A stretch of DNA of 63,999 bases, filler included, from an uncultured Gemmatimonadota bacterium (GTDB lineage Bacteria > Blakebacterota > Blakebacteria > Blakebacterales > Blakebacteraceae): NCBI GenBank assembly GCA_964576115.1. It is 4 parts of 4 records of this genome, joined end to end, with 100 filler letters (N's around TTAATTAATTAA, not from the genome) between each part and the next. Parts side by side here need not be neighbours in the genome. Positions count along the whole stretch, not along the records: positions 20,278 to 40,183 come from CAZNUA010000051.1; 3 more parts are not named here. One strand, 5' to 3'. Below, one piece after another: positions 29,654 to 38,093 of this stretch (positions within the stretch are counted from its first letter, which is position 1; each line of letters starts with the position of its first letter). The position numbers and the translations under genes were made by a program. The notes below the pieces were generated by a model that did no database searches, was not told the DNA's origin, and was given only the letters and a program-made list of their open reading frames with translations.

Positions 29654-31207
29654 CTATCCTCGACGGCCTTCGACCCGGGCCAGTTCGGCGTCGAGACGGG
29701 CGGCCAGATCCCGGACCCGATCGGGTTCGGCGGAACTCAGGTCCCTGCTCTCGGAGATATCGGTTTCCAGGTCGAAGAGCTCGACCACCTCGCGCCGCCG
29801 CACCAGCTTCCAGTGCCCGGCCCTGATCGCCGCTGCCCCGCCATAGCTCCAGATGAGATCGCGTTCGGCCCCCTCCCCACCCCGGAGCACCCCTGAAATG
29901 TCGGTTCCATCGAGATCGCTGTCTCCGATCGCGGTTACGTCGAGATCGCTGTCTTCGATCGCGGTTCCATCGAGATCGCTGTCTCCGATCGCGGTTCCTG
30001 CCTCCGCACCACCCGCTCTTCCTGCATCTCTCGTCTCTCCCGCACCGCTGTCTGTTCCCCTTGTTCCCCCTGTTCCCCCTGTTCCCCCTGTTCCGCTTGT
30101 TCCCCTTGTTCCCCTTTCGACTCCGACCCCGGCCAGAGCGGCAAAGGTCGGAAAGAGATCGAGCGTGCAGCCGGGCCAGGACAGGTCGACGCCGGCCGCC
30201 ACCCGGCCGGGCCACTGCACCAGAGCCGGCATCCTGATCCCCCCTTCGTAGAGAAATCGCTTTGCGCCCCGCAGGGGCGTGCAGGTCCCCCCCCAGTCGA
30301 GTTCTGGTCCGTTGTCGGAGACGAAGAGAAGCAGGGTATTGCCGGCCCGACCGCTGGTCTCGAGCGCCCGGATCACCCGCCCCACCCCCTCGTCGAGGGC
30401 AGCGACCATGCCCGCATACGCTCGCCGCTTCTCATCGGCAATACCGGGGAAGCGGTCGGCATCCTCCCGGCGCGGCTGCAGAATGATCCGGTTCTCTTCG
30501 TCGCGGGCATAATGCGGGGCACTGTAGGAGAGGTAGAGGAAAAGGGGGCGATCGTCGCCGGCCGCAATCAGCCTCTCGGCCTCACGGGTGAGCAGATCGG
30601 TCACGTAGCCCTCTTCACGGAGTTCCTCGTCGTTGCGCCACCAGTCGTGCTCGCGGGCATACGCGTGGCGGTAATAATCCACCAGCCCGCCCCGGAAGCC
30701 GTAGAAGTGCTCGAATCCGTGCCGGTGCGGGTGGTAGACCGGATCGAGACGGCCGAGATGCCACTTGCCCACGCAGGCGGTGCGGTACCCGGCTCTCTGC
30801 AGCACTTCGGGCAGGGTCACCGTGTCGGGGTCGAGCCCGTGGGTGTCGGCGGGCATCAGGGCGGTCGTGAGGTTCACGCCGGAGCCGAAGGGGTAGCGGC
30901 CGGTGAGCAGGGCGTAGCGGCTCGGCGTGCAGACCGGGGCCGCGGTATAGAAATCGGTAAGCCGGGCCCCCCGCTCGCCGATTGAATCGATGTGCGGGGT
31001 GTCGTAATCGGTACAGCCGAAGCACGAGAGGTCTGATAAGCCCAGATCATCGACGAAGATCAGAACGATATCTGGCTGCCGGCCACCGCCCCGGGCACTG
31101 CACGATCCCAGACTCACGCCGGCCGATCCGAGAGCCAGCCCCCCCGCCCCGAGGGCGATTCCGCCGCCTGCGGCGGCGGTGAGATCGAGAAAGGTTCGAC
31201 GTTTCAT
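29654..31207 (-). CDS. Sulfatase (formylglycine-dependent, Cys type) with a Tat signal
   Basis: 'MKRRTFL', 'DDLG', 'CTPSRYALLTGR', 'GKWHLG' and 'SDNG'. Carries a low-complexity insertion of about 70 aa. Confidence 0.95.
   Translation of the reverse strand: MKRRTFLDLTAAAGGGIALGAGGLALGSAGVSLGSCSARGGGRQPDIVLIFVDDLGLSDLSCFGCTDYDTPHIDSIGERGARLTDFYTAAPVCTPSRYALLTGRYPFGSGVNLTTALMPADTHGLDPDTVTLPEVLQRAGYRTACVGKWHLGRLDPVYHPHRHGFEHFYGFRGGLVDYYRHAYAREHDWWRNDEELREEGYVTDLLTREAERLIAAGDDRPLFLYLSYSAPHYARDEENRIILQPRREDADRFPGIADEKRRAYAGMVAALDEGVGRVIRALETSGRAGNTLLLFVSDNGPELDWGGTCTPLRGAKRFLYEGGIRMPALVQWPGRVAAGVDLSWPGCTLDLFPTFAALAGVGVERGTRGTSGTGGTGGTGGTRGTDSGAGETRDAGRAGGAEAGTAIGDSDLDGTAIEDSDLDVTAIGDSDLDGTDISGVLRGGEGAERDLIWSYGGAAAIRAGHWKLVRRREVVELFDLETDISESRDLSSAEPDRVRDLAARLDAELARVEGRRG
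29901..30115. repeat. Intragenic tandem repeats: 30-bp x3.3 (29901-29998) and 9-bp x7 (30053-30115)
   Basis: Units GCGGTTCCATCGAGATCGCTGTCTCCGATC (encoding TAIGDSDLDG) and TGTTCCCCY (encoding GT-G/R/S), in frame within the sulfatase. Confidence 0.92.
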
Positions 31208-31250
31208 CACCCGGGCCCGGCGTGCTTTCCGACGATATCGCGCATGGTCT

Positions 31251-33839
31251 TCATGGCGATGACCCCGGTGCCGCGAACCGCCCGGCGGCCCGCCGCATCA
31301 TGTAGCCGTGATCGAGGCGGGGTTCGTCATCGGCATGAGCCTGCATCAGGGCGATGCGCCGCTCGAGCAGTTCGGGCAGGTTTCGTCCGTACATGAGCGG
31401 ACTTTCTTCCCCGCCGGTCGTGGCCATGAACTCGACCCCCGAAACGCAGAGCGCCTGCAGGCGGCGGGAGTTTTCGATTTCCCGGTCGATCATTTCCCGC
31501 AGCAGTGCGCGGCTCTGCTCCCGCCCCGCTTGCCTGCCCGCCGCGTGATGCAAAACTTGATGTACAACTTCACGATCATCACCATGTGCTTCTTCATTAC
31601 TCGAATTCTCTGAGCCGGCAGAATCGGTACAGCCGTACACCCCGGCAATCCAGGCAGCCACATTGCGCTGGGTCTCGAACCAGCAGCGCAGGGCGCTGAG
31701 CCGGACGAACTGGTCGGCGATCACGTTCTGATCACCGGGTAGATTCCGACTGCCAGGCAGCCCGCTCGCCCGCTCCCGGGCCCCAGTCAGCAGACCGATG
31801 GCCCGGTCGAGAGGCTCGAAGACGTTGGCATCGATCCGCTCGACACAGCGGCGGCAGTGATCGGGCCGGGCCAGGACGAAGAGCACGTCGCGGCTCAGAT
31901 CGACGTTGTTGGGATTGTGCGGGGTGGTGCACATGTGATTTTCATAGAAGGCCCGCTCGGTTTCCGGGATAGCCTCGATGTCGGGCACCAGGGGGCGGGC
32001 CCAGAGACGGTACCAGGCGAATCCGAAGGTGGTGTAGAGCGAGGTGACGTTGGGGAAGGCCAGGATCGCCTCCTCGGCTCCGGCCCAGGCCTCGCAGAGC
32101 GTCCCGGCCAGTTCTTCGCCGGCCCATTCGGCGGCCAGGCGGTGCACTTCGGTCTCGATATCGAGCCCGGGATCGAACTGATAGGCCAGCACGATCTCGT
32201 GATTGGGGTTGAAAGGCACCAGCCCGGGGGGACTCACCCCGCCGATGTGGGCCAGGTGTCGAACCCCGCCGCCATGGAGCAGTGTGAGACGCCGATGGGT
32301 CAGTCGCGGATAGGGTACTCCGATCAGGGGAGCGAAAACCGTATTCGGCCCGGCGGCGAAGTAGTAGTGGGCCTGTGAACCCCGATCGGCGAGTTCGGCC
32401 AACCGCTCGCCCTCCTCGGGCGCGAAATCCAGCTGATGAACGCTCCCGCCGTTGATCTCGCGTACATCGGGATAGCGGGGATGGGCATAGGGCATCGCCC
32501 AGCCGCGGGTCGCAAGCGAGGCCGTCTCGACCCCCAGCCCCTCTTCCAGACCTGCCCAGACGGTGTCGTGCTCGGCATAGAAGGATTCCAGCCGGGTCAA
32601 GACCCGGAAATCGGGATTGAGCTCCCGGCCCGCATCGCGCAGGGTGCGCAGGAAACGGACGACATTCTCGCCGGCCGCCCGGGCGATCTCGGAGTCGTCC
32701 TTCCACTCCCGGATCAGATAGGCCCCGCCGTTGCGGCCGACATAGAGTGAACTGGTGTACTCGAAACCCGCCCCGCTGTCGTTGCTCCAGACCGAGAGAT
32801 AGGCCAGTTCGGGAACCTCCTGCAGAAGGCGGCGGATCATCTCGGCGTAGTGTTCGCGTACCAGCGGGTGGGTGACGGTCAGGTTGTAGCGCGGTTTGAA
32901 ACTGCGGAAGGGATGGTCGACCCGGGCCCCGCGCAGCATCGGGTAGCGGGTGAAGATCTCCTCGGGCACCGAGCGGGGCTCGAAGCAGAGCAGCCCGGGT
33001 TCCAGACCCTGTTCGACCGCCAGGCGGGCGTTTTCTTTCAGCCGCGCCAGGTTGGCCTCGAGCCAGTCGCGGGGGTAGAGACCTTCATTGAGCGAACTGG
33101 AAACGAACTGATCCAGGGCCGGGCAATAGGTGTAGAACATCGGATAGATCTCGCCCGGCGGCCCCGTTTCGAGACCCTGCGGGAAAGCCAGGGAATTGAC
33201 CTCGACCTGGGTTACCCCTACCTCGGCCAGACGCCGCAGATAGGCGGCCCGGTCGAAACCGGCCTGAACCCGCCCCTCCTGAGCCAGGAAGAAATCATAG
33301 ACACTTCGCTGCCAGGCGAAGGTAACCGGGTAGAACACCCCGATCGCCACCTCATCGAGGCTGCGGCCGGCCAGGCATCGGAGCAGGTACCGGAGGAAAC
33401 CGATGAGGTAGCGGTCGCGGGTCGGCACCAGGCGGCCCGCCCCGTCGGCGCCGAGCTGCAGAAATACGCCGGGCCCGTCGCCGGTGAGTCGAGCGCGTTC
33501 ACCTGTACCGGTTCCGGCGGCACCTTCACCGGCGGCACTTTCACCAGCTGCACCTTTACCGGCGGCACTTTCACCAGCTGCACCTTTACCGGAGACACTC
33601 TTCACGCCTGCCTTCCCCCCGGCGCTCCCCGGCACACCTGACGGTACGGATGGCACGGCAGTCAGAAGAAAGCGGCCCGGCACCGGGCCTGGAAATTCTG
33701 CCGACCGGGAGCCCGGCAGCGTCTCGACCGCCGCCCCGGCCGCAGAGGCCAGCAGGTCGGCCGCGGTGCAGTATACCGGTGCCGCATCGGCGGCGATGAG
33801 AACGGTCTCGATCCTCTGCAGGGCGTCACTGATCGTCAT
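31251..33839 (-). CDS. Large hypothetical protein (possible TIM-barrel hydrolase-like)
   Basis: ORF of about 862 codons with coding-like composition, in an operon between the aminotransferase and the sulfatase. Contains 'LSVWSNDSGAGF'. Function not recognised. An in-frame GTG at 33896 is an alternative start. Confidence 0.75.
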   Translation of the reverse strand: MTISDALQRIETVLIAADAAPVYCTAADLLASAAGAAVETLPGSRSAEFPGPVPGRFLLTAVPSVPSGVPGSAGGKAGVKSVSGKGAAGESAAGKGAAGESAAGEGAAGTGTGERARLTGDGPGVFLQLGADGAGRLVPTRDRYLIGFLRYLLRCLAGRSLDEVAIGVFYPVTFAWQRSVYDFFLAQEGRVQAGFDRAAYLRRLAEVGVTQVEVNSLAFPQGLETGPPGEIYPMFYTYCPALDQFVSSSLNEGLYPRDWLEANLARLKENARLAVEQGLEPGLLCFEPRSVPEEIFTRYPMLRGARVDHPFRSFKPRYNLTVTHPLVREHYAEMIRRLLQEVPELAYLSVWSNDSGAGFEYTSSLYVGRNGGAYLIREWKDDSEIARAAGENVVRFLRTLRDAGRELNPDFRVLTRLESFYAEHDTVWAGLEEGLGVETASLATRGWAMPYAHPRYPDVREINGGSVHQLDFAPEEGERLAELADRGSQAHYYFAAGPNTVFAPLIGVPYPRLTHRRLTLLHGGGVRHLAHIGGVSPPGLVPFNPNHEIVLAYQFDPGLDIETEVHRLAAEWAGEELAGTLCEAWAGAEEAILAFPNVTSLYTTFGFAWYRLWARPLVPDIEAIPETERAFYENHMCTTPHNPNNVDLSRDVLFVLARPDHCRRCVERIDANVFEPLDRAIGLLTGARERASGLPGSRNLPGDQNVIADQFVRLSALRCWFETQRNVAAWIAGVYGCTDSAGSENSSNEEAHGDDREVVHQVLHHAAGRQAGREQSRALLREMIDREIENSRRLQALCVSGVEFMATTGGEESPLMYGRNLPELLERRIALMQAHADDEPRLDHGYMMRRAAGRFAAPGSSP
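33514..33604. repeat. Intragenic 15-bp tandem repeat, about 6 copies
   Basis: CCRGCKGCACYTTYA units encoding G(K/E)(G/S)AA. Confidence 0.88.
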
Positions 33840-33937
33840 GGGCGGTTTCTCCCTGAACGGTCCATCACGCACGGTTCTCCCCGAATGGTCCCTCACGGGC
33901 GTTTCTCCCTGGACGGTTCCTCACGTACGATTTCTCA
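33836..33937 (-). repeat. 28-bp intergenic tandem repeat of an RBS plus start cassette, about 3.5 copies
   Basis: Minus-strand units are GTGA..ACC.T.C.GGGAGAA.C, with starts at 33924, 33896, 33868 and 33839. Confidence 0.8.
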
Positions 33938-35350
33938 AACCGCGATCCCGGCCAGGGCATCCAGAAGCCGTTCCACGTCCGCGGCCGAATTGTAGACGTG
34001 GAACGAGATTCGGATCGCATCGAGGTGGGCTTCACCGACCGGACGGACCCGGATTTTCTGCCGGCCCAGGGCGGTGGTGAACTCGCGGTAGTCTCGACCG
34101 GTCGGACGGAAGGTGATCATTGCCGAGCGGTCGGCGGCACGGTCGGGAGAAAGCAGCTCGATCCCCGGTATCTCCTCGAGCCCCCGCACGAAGGCTTCGG
34201 CCAGGGCGGTGTCGTGCCGTTCAATTTCCTGCAGCCCGATGGCTCGGATGAACTCCACCGCCTCTCCCAGTCCGTAGTAGAGCGCATCGTTCTGCGTGCC
34301 GAACTCGTAGCGCTGGGCCGAATCCTGCAGCTCGAGACGCTTGTTGTCGAGATCGGTCAGGCGATCGGAGTACGCCCCGACCACGGTCGGCCGAATCGTC
34401 TCCCACATGCCCCGCCGCACCCAGAGGATCCCCGTGCGCCGGGGTCCGAGCAGCCACTTGTGGGCGCTGACGGCATAGGCATCCACGTTCATTCCGGCGA
34501 TATCGAAGGGATGGGAACCGATCGCCTGCGCTCCGTCCAGGGCGTACAGGATACCCCTGTCCCGGGCCAGCCGGCCGATCTCGGCAACCGGGAAGATCTG
34601 ACCCGTCGTGCAGGTGATGTGGGAAATGAAGATCAGGCGCGTACGCCGGGTGATGAGAGCCTCGATCCGCTCGAGGTTACCCTGGCTGTTCTCGCGATCG
34701 GGCTCGAAGAACCGCACCCTTATGCCCCGTTCCTGCATCAGGTTGAGCAGGGGAATGTTCAGGGCCGGGTGCTCGTGGGTCGAGGTGATGATCTCGTCCC
34801 CCGCTGCGAGCGGCAGGCCGTTGAGGACGATATTGATCCCCTCGGTGGCGGTGCTGACGAAAGCCAGTTCTTCTTTATCGATACCCGGTCCGAACAGAGG
34901 CGCGGCCGCCTGCTTCATGGCCCACCAGTCGTCCAGACTGTGGCCGGCGGCCGGGCGGGTATCTTCTGCATCGCTCTTTTCCTTCACGGTCCGGATGACC
35001 GAGAGGGGGCTGGCTCCCAGACCACCGGTGTTGAGGTAGGTGTAATCATCGGGCAGCAGGAACTGCTCGCGGATCAGCCGCCAGTAACGTTCGTCACCGG
35101 GATCGATCTGCTGCAGTTCCTGCCGGAGCCGGCTGCTTTCGAGACAGGTCTCGAGTCGCGCGTCGGAACCGGCCGCCAGAGCGGCGGGATCGGCAGCCAG
35201 CGACGAATCAACAGCGGCTGCGGCTGAGGATGGAGCGTCCGGTCCAGCGGAAACAGCGGCGGCGGACGCAGCGGCGGAGGCGGCGGCAGGGGGCAGGAGG
35301 ACTCCCCCCATGAGACCGCTCAGCGAACCGAAGAAAGCGCGGCGCTCCAT
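33935..35350 (-). CDS. Class V PLP-dependent enzyme (isopenicillin N epimerase/cysteine lyase-like) with a Tat signal
   Basis: 'MERRAFFG', 'YLNTGGLG', 'ATEGIN', 'DGAQAIG', PLP-Lys 'SAHKWLLGP', and 'IRISFHVYN'. Confidence 0.9.
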   Translation of the reverse strand: MERRAFFGSLSGLMGGVLLPPAAASAAASAAAVSAGPDAPSSAAAAVDSSLAADPAALAAGSDARLETCLESSRLRQELQQIDPGDERYWRLIREQFLLPDDYTYLNTGGLGASPLSVIRTVKEKSDAEDTRPAAGHSLDDWWAMKQAAAPLFGPGIDKEELAFVSTATEGINIVLNGLPLAAGDEIITSTHEHPALNIPLLNLMQERGIRVRFFEPDRENSQGNLERIEALITRRTRLIFISHITCTTGQIFPVAEIGRLARDRGILYALDGAQAIGSHPFDIAGMNVDAYAVSAHKWLLGPRRTGILWVRRGMWETIRPTVVGAYSDRLTDLDNKRLELQDSAQRYEFGTQNDALYYGLGEAVEFIRAIGLQEIERHDTALAEAFVRGLEEIPGIELLSPDRAADRSAMITFRPTGRDYREFTTALGRQKIRVRPVGEAHLDAIRISFHVYNSAADVERLLDALAGIAV

Positions 35351-35565
35351 GATATCTCCCGGTCGGGGGTGCAGGAGGGCGGGACACCTGTCTGAGAATA
35401 GAACAGAGACCGCCGTGCTGCCAGAGGCGATAACATTACTCGGGTGACCGCTGCGGACTGGAACTTCCCCCCTGCCGCAGGTACACTCACTTATTGTCGT
35501 CGGCACACTCAGACATCGCGTCACAGCCGGTCGACGCCCGAACGGACCGGTAAAAGGGAACCAAG

Positions 35566-37887
35566 GTGAAGAGACGCACCGCTCTCAGGACTCTCGGAAT
35601 TGCTGGAGGAGCCACTCTGCTGACTCCCTGGCGCCTGGGAGCCGACGGTGTTCTCGGACGAGCCGGCGGTGACATCGATCAGGAACTGACCCGCCAGATC
35701 CGGCGGGCCCTCGACAACCTGGCCGAGGAGGACCCGGCTCGGGCCGATGTCCGTATCGAGGGGGGCGGACCCCGCCTGTTCATCAACGGCGAGGAACGCT
35801 ACCCGCTCATGGCCCTGAGCGTGGAGCTGCTCGAGACCATCCGCGGTTACTCCGATGCCGGCCTGCGTCTCTTCGCTCCGATCATCGGCCTGAATGCCGG
35901 CTGGCTCAGGCCCCGACGCTACGACTGGTCATGGGTCGAGGCGTATTTCGGAGCCCTGCTGTCGATCGAATCCGAGGCCTGGTTTCTGCCGCGGCTTCAT
36001 CTCGATGCCCCGGAATGGTGGAAGGACGACCATCCGGAGGAACTGATCGTCTACGGACTCCCCTATCCCGAGGACGACTGGGCTCCCCCCGACCTGATCG
36101 GGGAGGCCGGTCTGGACTGGAACGGCCTGAAGGACCTGCGGGATGCTTCTCTGGCCTCGGGGGTCTGGCGGGTCGAGACCGGCGACATGCTGGCCGATTT
36201 TCTCGCCTTCATGGAGAGTTCCCCCCTGGCGGCCCGGATGATCGGATATCAGGTGGCCGGAGCCATGAACGGTGAGTGGCATTACAAGGGTTCGCGCTAC
36301 CTGCCCGATTACAGCACTCCGATGCAGGCCCTGTGTGGAACACCCCCGCCGGTCGAGGCCAGGCTCGAAACCACCGCCGGACTGCTGCGCGATCCCGTTC
36401 GCGAACAGGCCGTCATCAACTGGTGCCGGCGCTATCACGAAATCATCGCCGACACCATCGTACAGTTCGCGGGAGTCACCAAACGCAACACCGGCCGACG
36501 GGTTCTCTGCGGTGCGTTTTACACCTACCTGCTCGAAAATATCTGCATCCAGGAAGCGGGACACCTGGCCCCGCAGGTCGTGCTCGAAAGCGACGACATC
36601 GATTTCCTCGCCTGCCCGTACAGCTACCAGCACACCAATCTGCCCGGTAAAGAGCGGTGGGAGAGCGATGTTGTGGATGGAGCCGGCAACTGGCTGGGCC
36701 GGGCCCGCGGAGTCGGTGGCGACGGGGGCTACCGGACCCTGCCGGCTTCGATCGCCCGCCACGGAAAGCTCTTCATCGTCGAAATGGATCCCAGCACCTA
36801 TCTGGAACCGAACCGGGCGGGTGAGGGGGGCTCAGGGCACGAAACGGTCGAAGGCACACTGCAGATCATTCGCCGCGATCTGGCCGGCATGTTCGCCAGC
36901 GGCGTGGGAGGCTGGCTCTTCGACTTCGGTCATTACAACGCCCGTTTCGCCGCCGATCGGGGCTGGTACGATGACCGCCCGATCATCCGCGAGATCCGCC
37001 GACTCGTAGAACTGGGTCAGGAGCGGAGCCAGCTCGATATCGGTTCGGTGGCCGAGATCGCAGCGGTCTACGACGCCGAATCATTCTGCGCCACCCAGCA
37101 CTGGACGAACGAGCGTCCGTGGCGGGGGTACGGCATCGCCGTGACCGATTACTTCAGCCACTGGCTCCTCGATTCCCAGGCCCGCACCTTGCACCGTCTC
37201 GGGGCACCGCTCGACTTCCTGTATCATTTCGACCTGGAACGGCGCGACTTTCGGCGAGCCCGCCTGATCTTCATGGTCAACATCTTCCGGCTCACCCCCA
37301 ACGAGCGGGCGGATCTGAAAGAAATGCTCGAGGGCAGTAACGCCACCGTGGTCTGGTTCTACGCTCCCGGCTATATCACCGACGATCGCTTCGATCTGGC
37401 CCAGATGCAGGATCTGACCGGCATGGGATTCGCCGTCTATCCCGACCCGGGACCGATGATGATCCGCTCCTGGATCGACGATCCCGAAGGACCGCTGGGA
37501 ATGACTTTCGGGACAGAGCCGCCGCGCGGACCACGGTTCGTGGTCGACGATCCCGAAGCGGAAATCCTGGGAGTCTGGACCGACCTCTCGGAACCGGCCA
37601 TGGCGCGCAAAGAGCAGGAGGGCTGGACCTCGGTCTATGTCGGTGCGCCCCCTCTGCCGGTGGAGATTCTGCGCTGGCTGGCCCGGCAGGCAGGAGTCGA
37701 GTTGTGGAGCAGCCGCCCCGATGTGATCCGCGCCACCCAGGGTGCAGCGGCAATCACCGCCACCTCGACCGGCGAGCGGGTGCTGCGCCTGCCCCTGCCG
37801 ATGCGCCCGGCCGCCGGGGGACCGAAGTCGCGCGAACACGTGCTCGACATGCAGTTCGGAGAAGTGCGGATCTTCACCGCCCGGTAG
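35566..37887 (+). CDS. Tat-exported glycoside hydrolase-like protein (GH42/beta-galactosidase-like architecture)
   Basis: Tat signal 'MKRRTAL', then 'PRLFINGE', 'FLPRL', 'GYQVAGAMNGEW' and 'FIVEMD', with a C-terminal trimerisation-like domain. The family call is tentative. Confidence 0.6.
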   Translation: MKRRTALRTLGIAGGATLLTPWRLGADGVLGRAGGDIDQELTRQIRRALDNLAEEDPARADVRIEGGGPRLFINGEERYPLMALSVELLETIRGYSDAGLRLFAPIIGLNAGWLRPRRYDWSWVEAYFGALLSIESEAWFLPRLHLDAPEWWKDDHPEELIVYGLPYPEDDWAPPDLIGEAGLDWNGLKDLRDASLASGVWRVETGDMLADFLAFMESSPLAARMIGYQVAGAMNGEWHYKGSRYLPDYSTPMQALCGTPPPVEARLETTAGLLRDPVREQAVINWCRRYHEIIADTIVQFAGVTKRNTGRRVLCGAFYTYLLENICIQEAGHLAPQVVLESDDIDFLACPYSYQHTNLPGKERWESDVVDGAGNWLGRARGVGGDGGYRTLPASIARHGKLFIVEMDPSTYLEPNRAGEGGSGHETVEGTLQIIRRDLAGMFASGVGGWLFDFGHYNARFAADRGWYDDRPIIREIRRLVELGQERSQLDIGSVAEIAAVYDAESFCATQHWTNERPWRGYGIAVTDYFSHWLLDSQARTLHRLGAPLDFLYHFDLERRDFRRARLIFMVNIFRLTPNERADLKEMLEGSNATVVWFYAPGYITDDRFDLAQMQDLTGMGFAVYPDPGPMMIRSWIDDPEGPLGMTFGTEPPRGPRFVVDDPEAEILGVWTDLSEPAMARKEQEGWTSVYVGAPPLPVEILRWLARQAGVELWSSRPDVIRATQGAAAITATSTGERVLRLPLPMRPAAGGPKSREHVLDMQFGEVRIFTAR

Positions 37888-37980
37888 GAACCGATCCCGT
37901 CAGGAACCAATCCCGGTAGGAACCAATCCCGGTAGGAACCGATCCCGGTAGAATCCAATCCCGTCAGGAACCGATCCCGT
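37881..37980. repeat. 16-bp tandem repeat, 6 copies; the first copy contains the stop codon
   Basis: CCGKYAGGAACCRATC six times. Confidence 0.93.
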
Positions 37981-38093
37981 CCGTTCCAGACTCGTATCGG
38001 AGTTCGTCCCGATCCAGATCACAAATCATGTCGGATCGCAGAATATTCCCGATCGCCGTTCATTCCAGATTGCGATTCGCCTCGAATCAGAAA

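Noticed and set aside
37881-37980. Possible CRISPR or iteron array
   Set aside because: The units are head-to-tail with no spacers, and no rep or cas gene is nearby.
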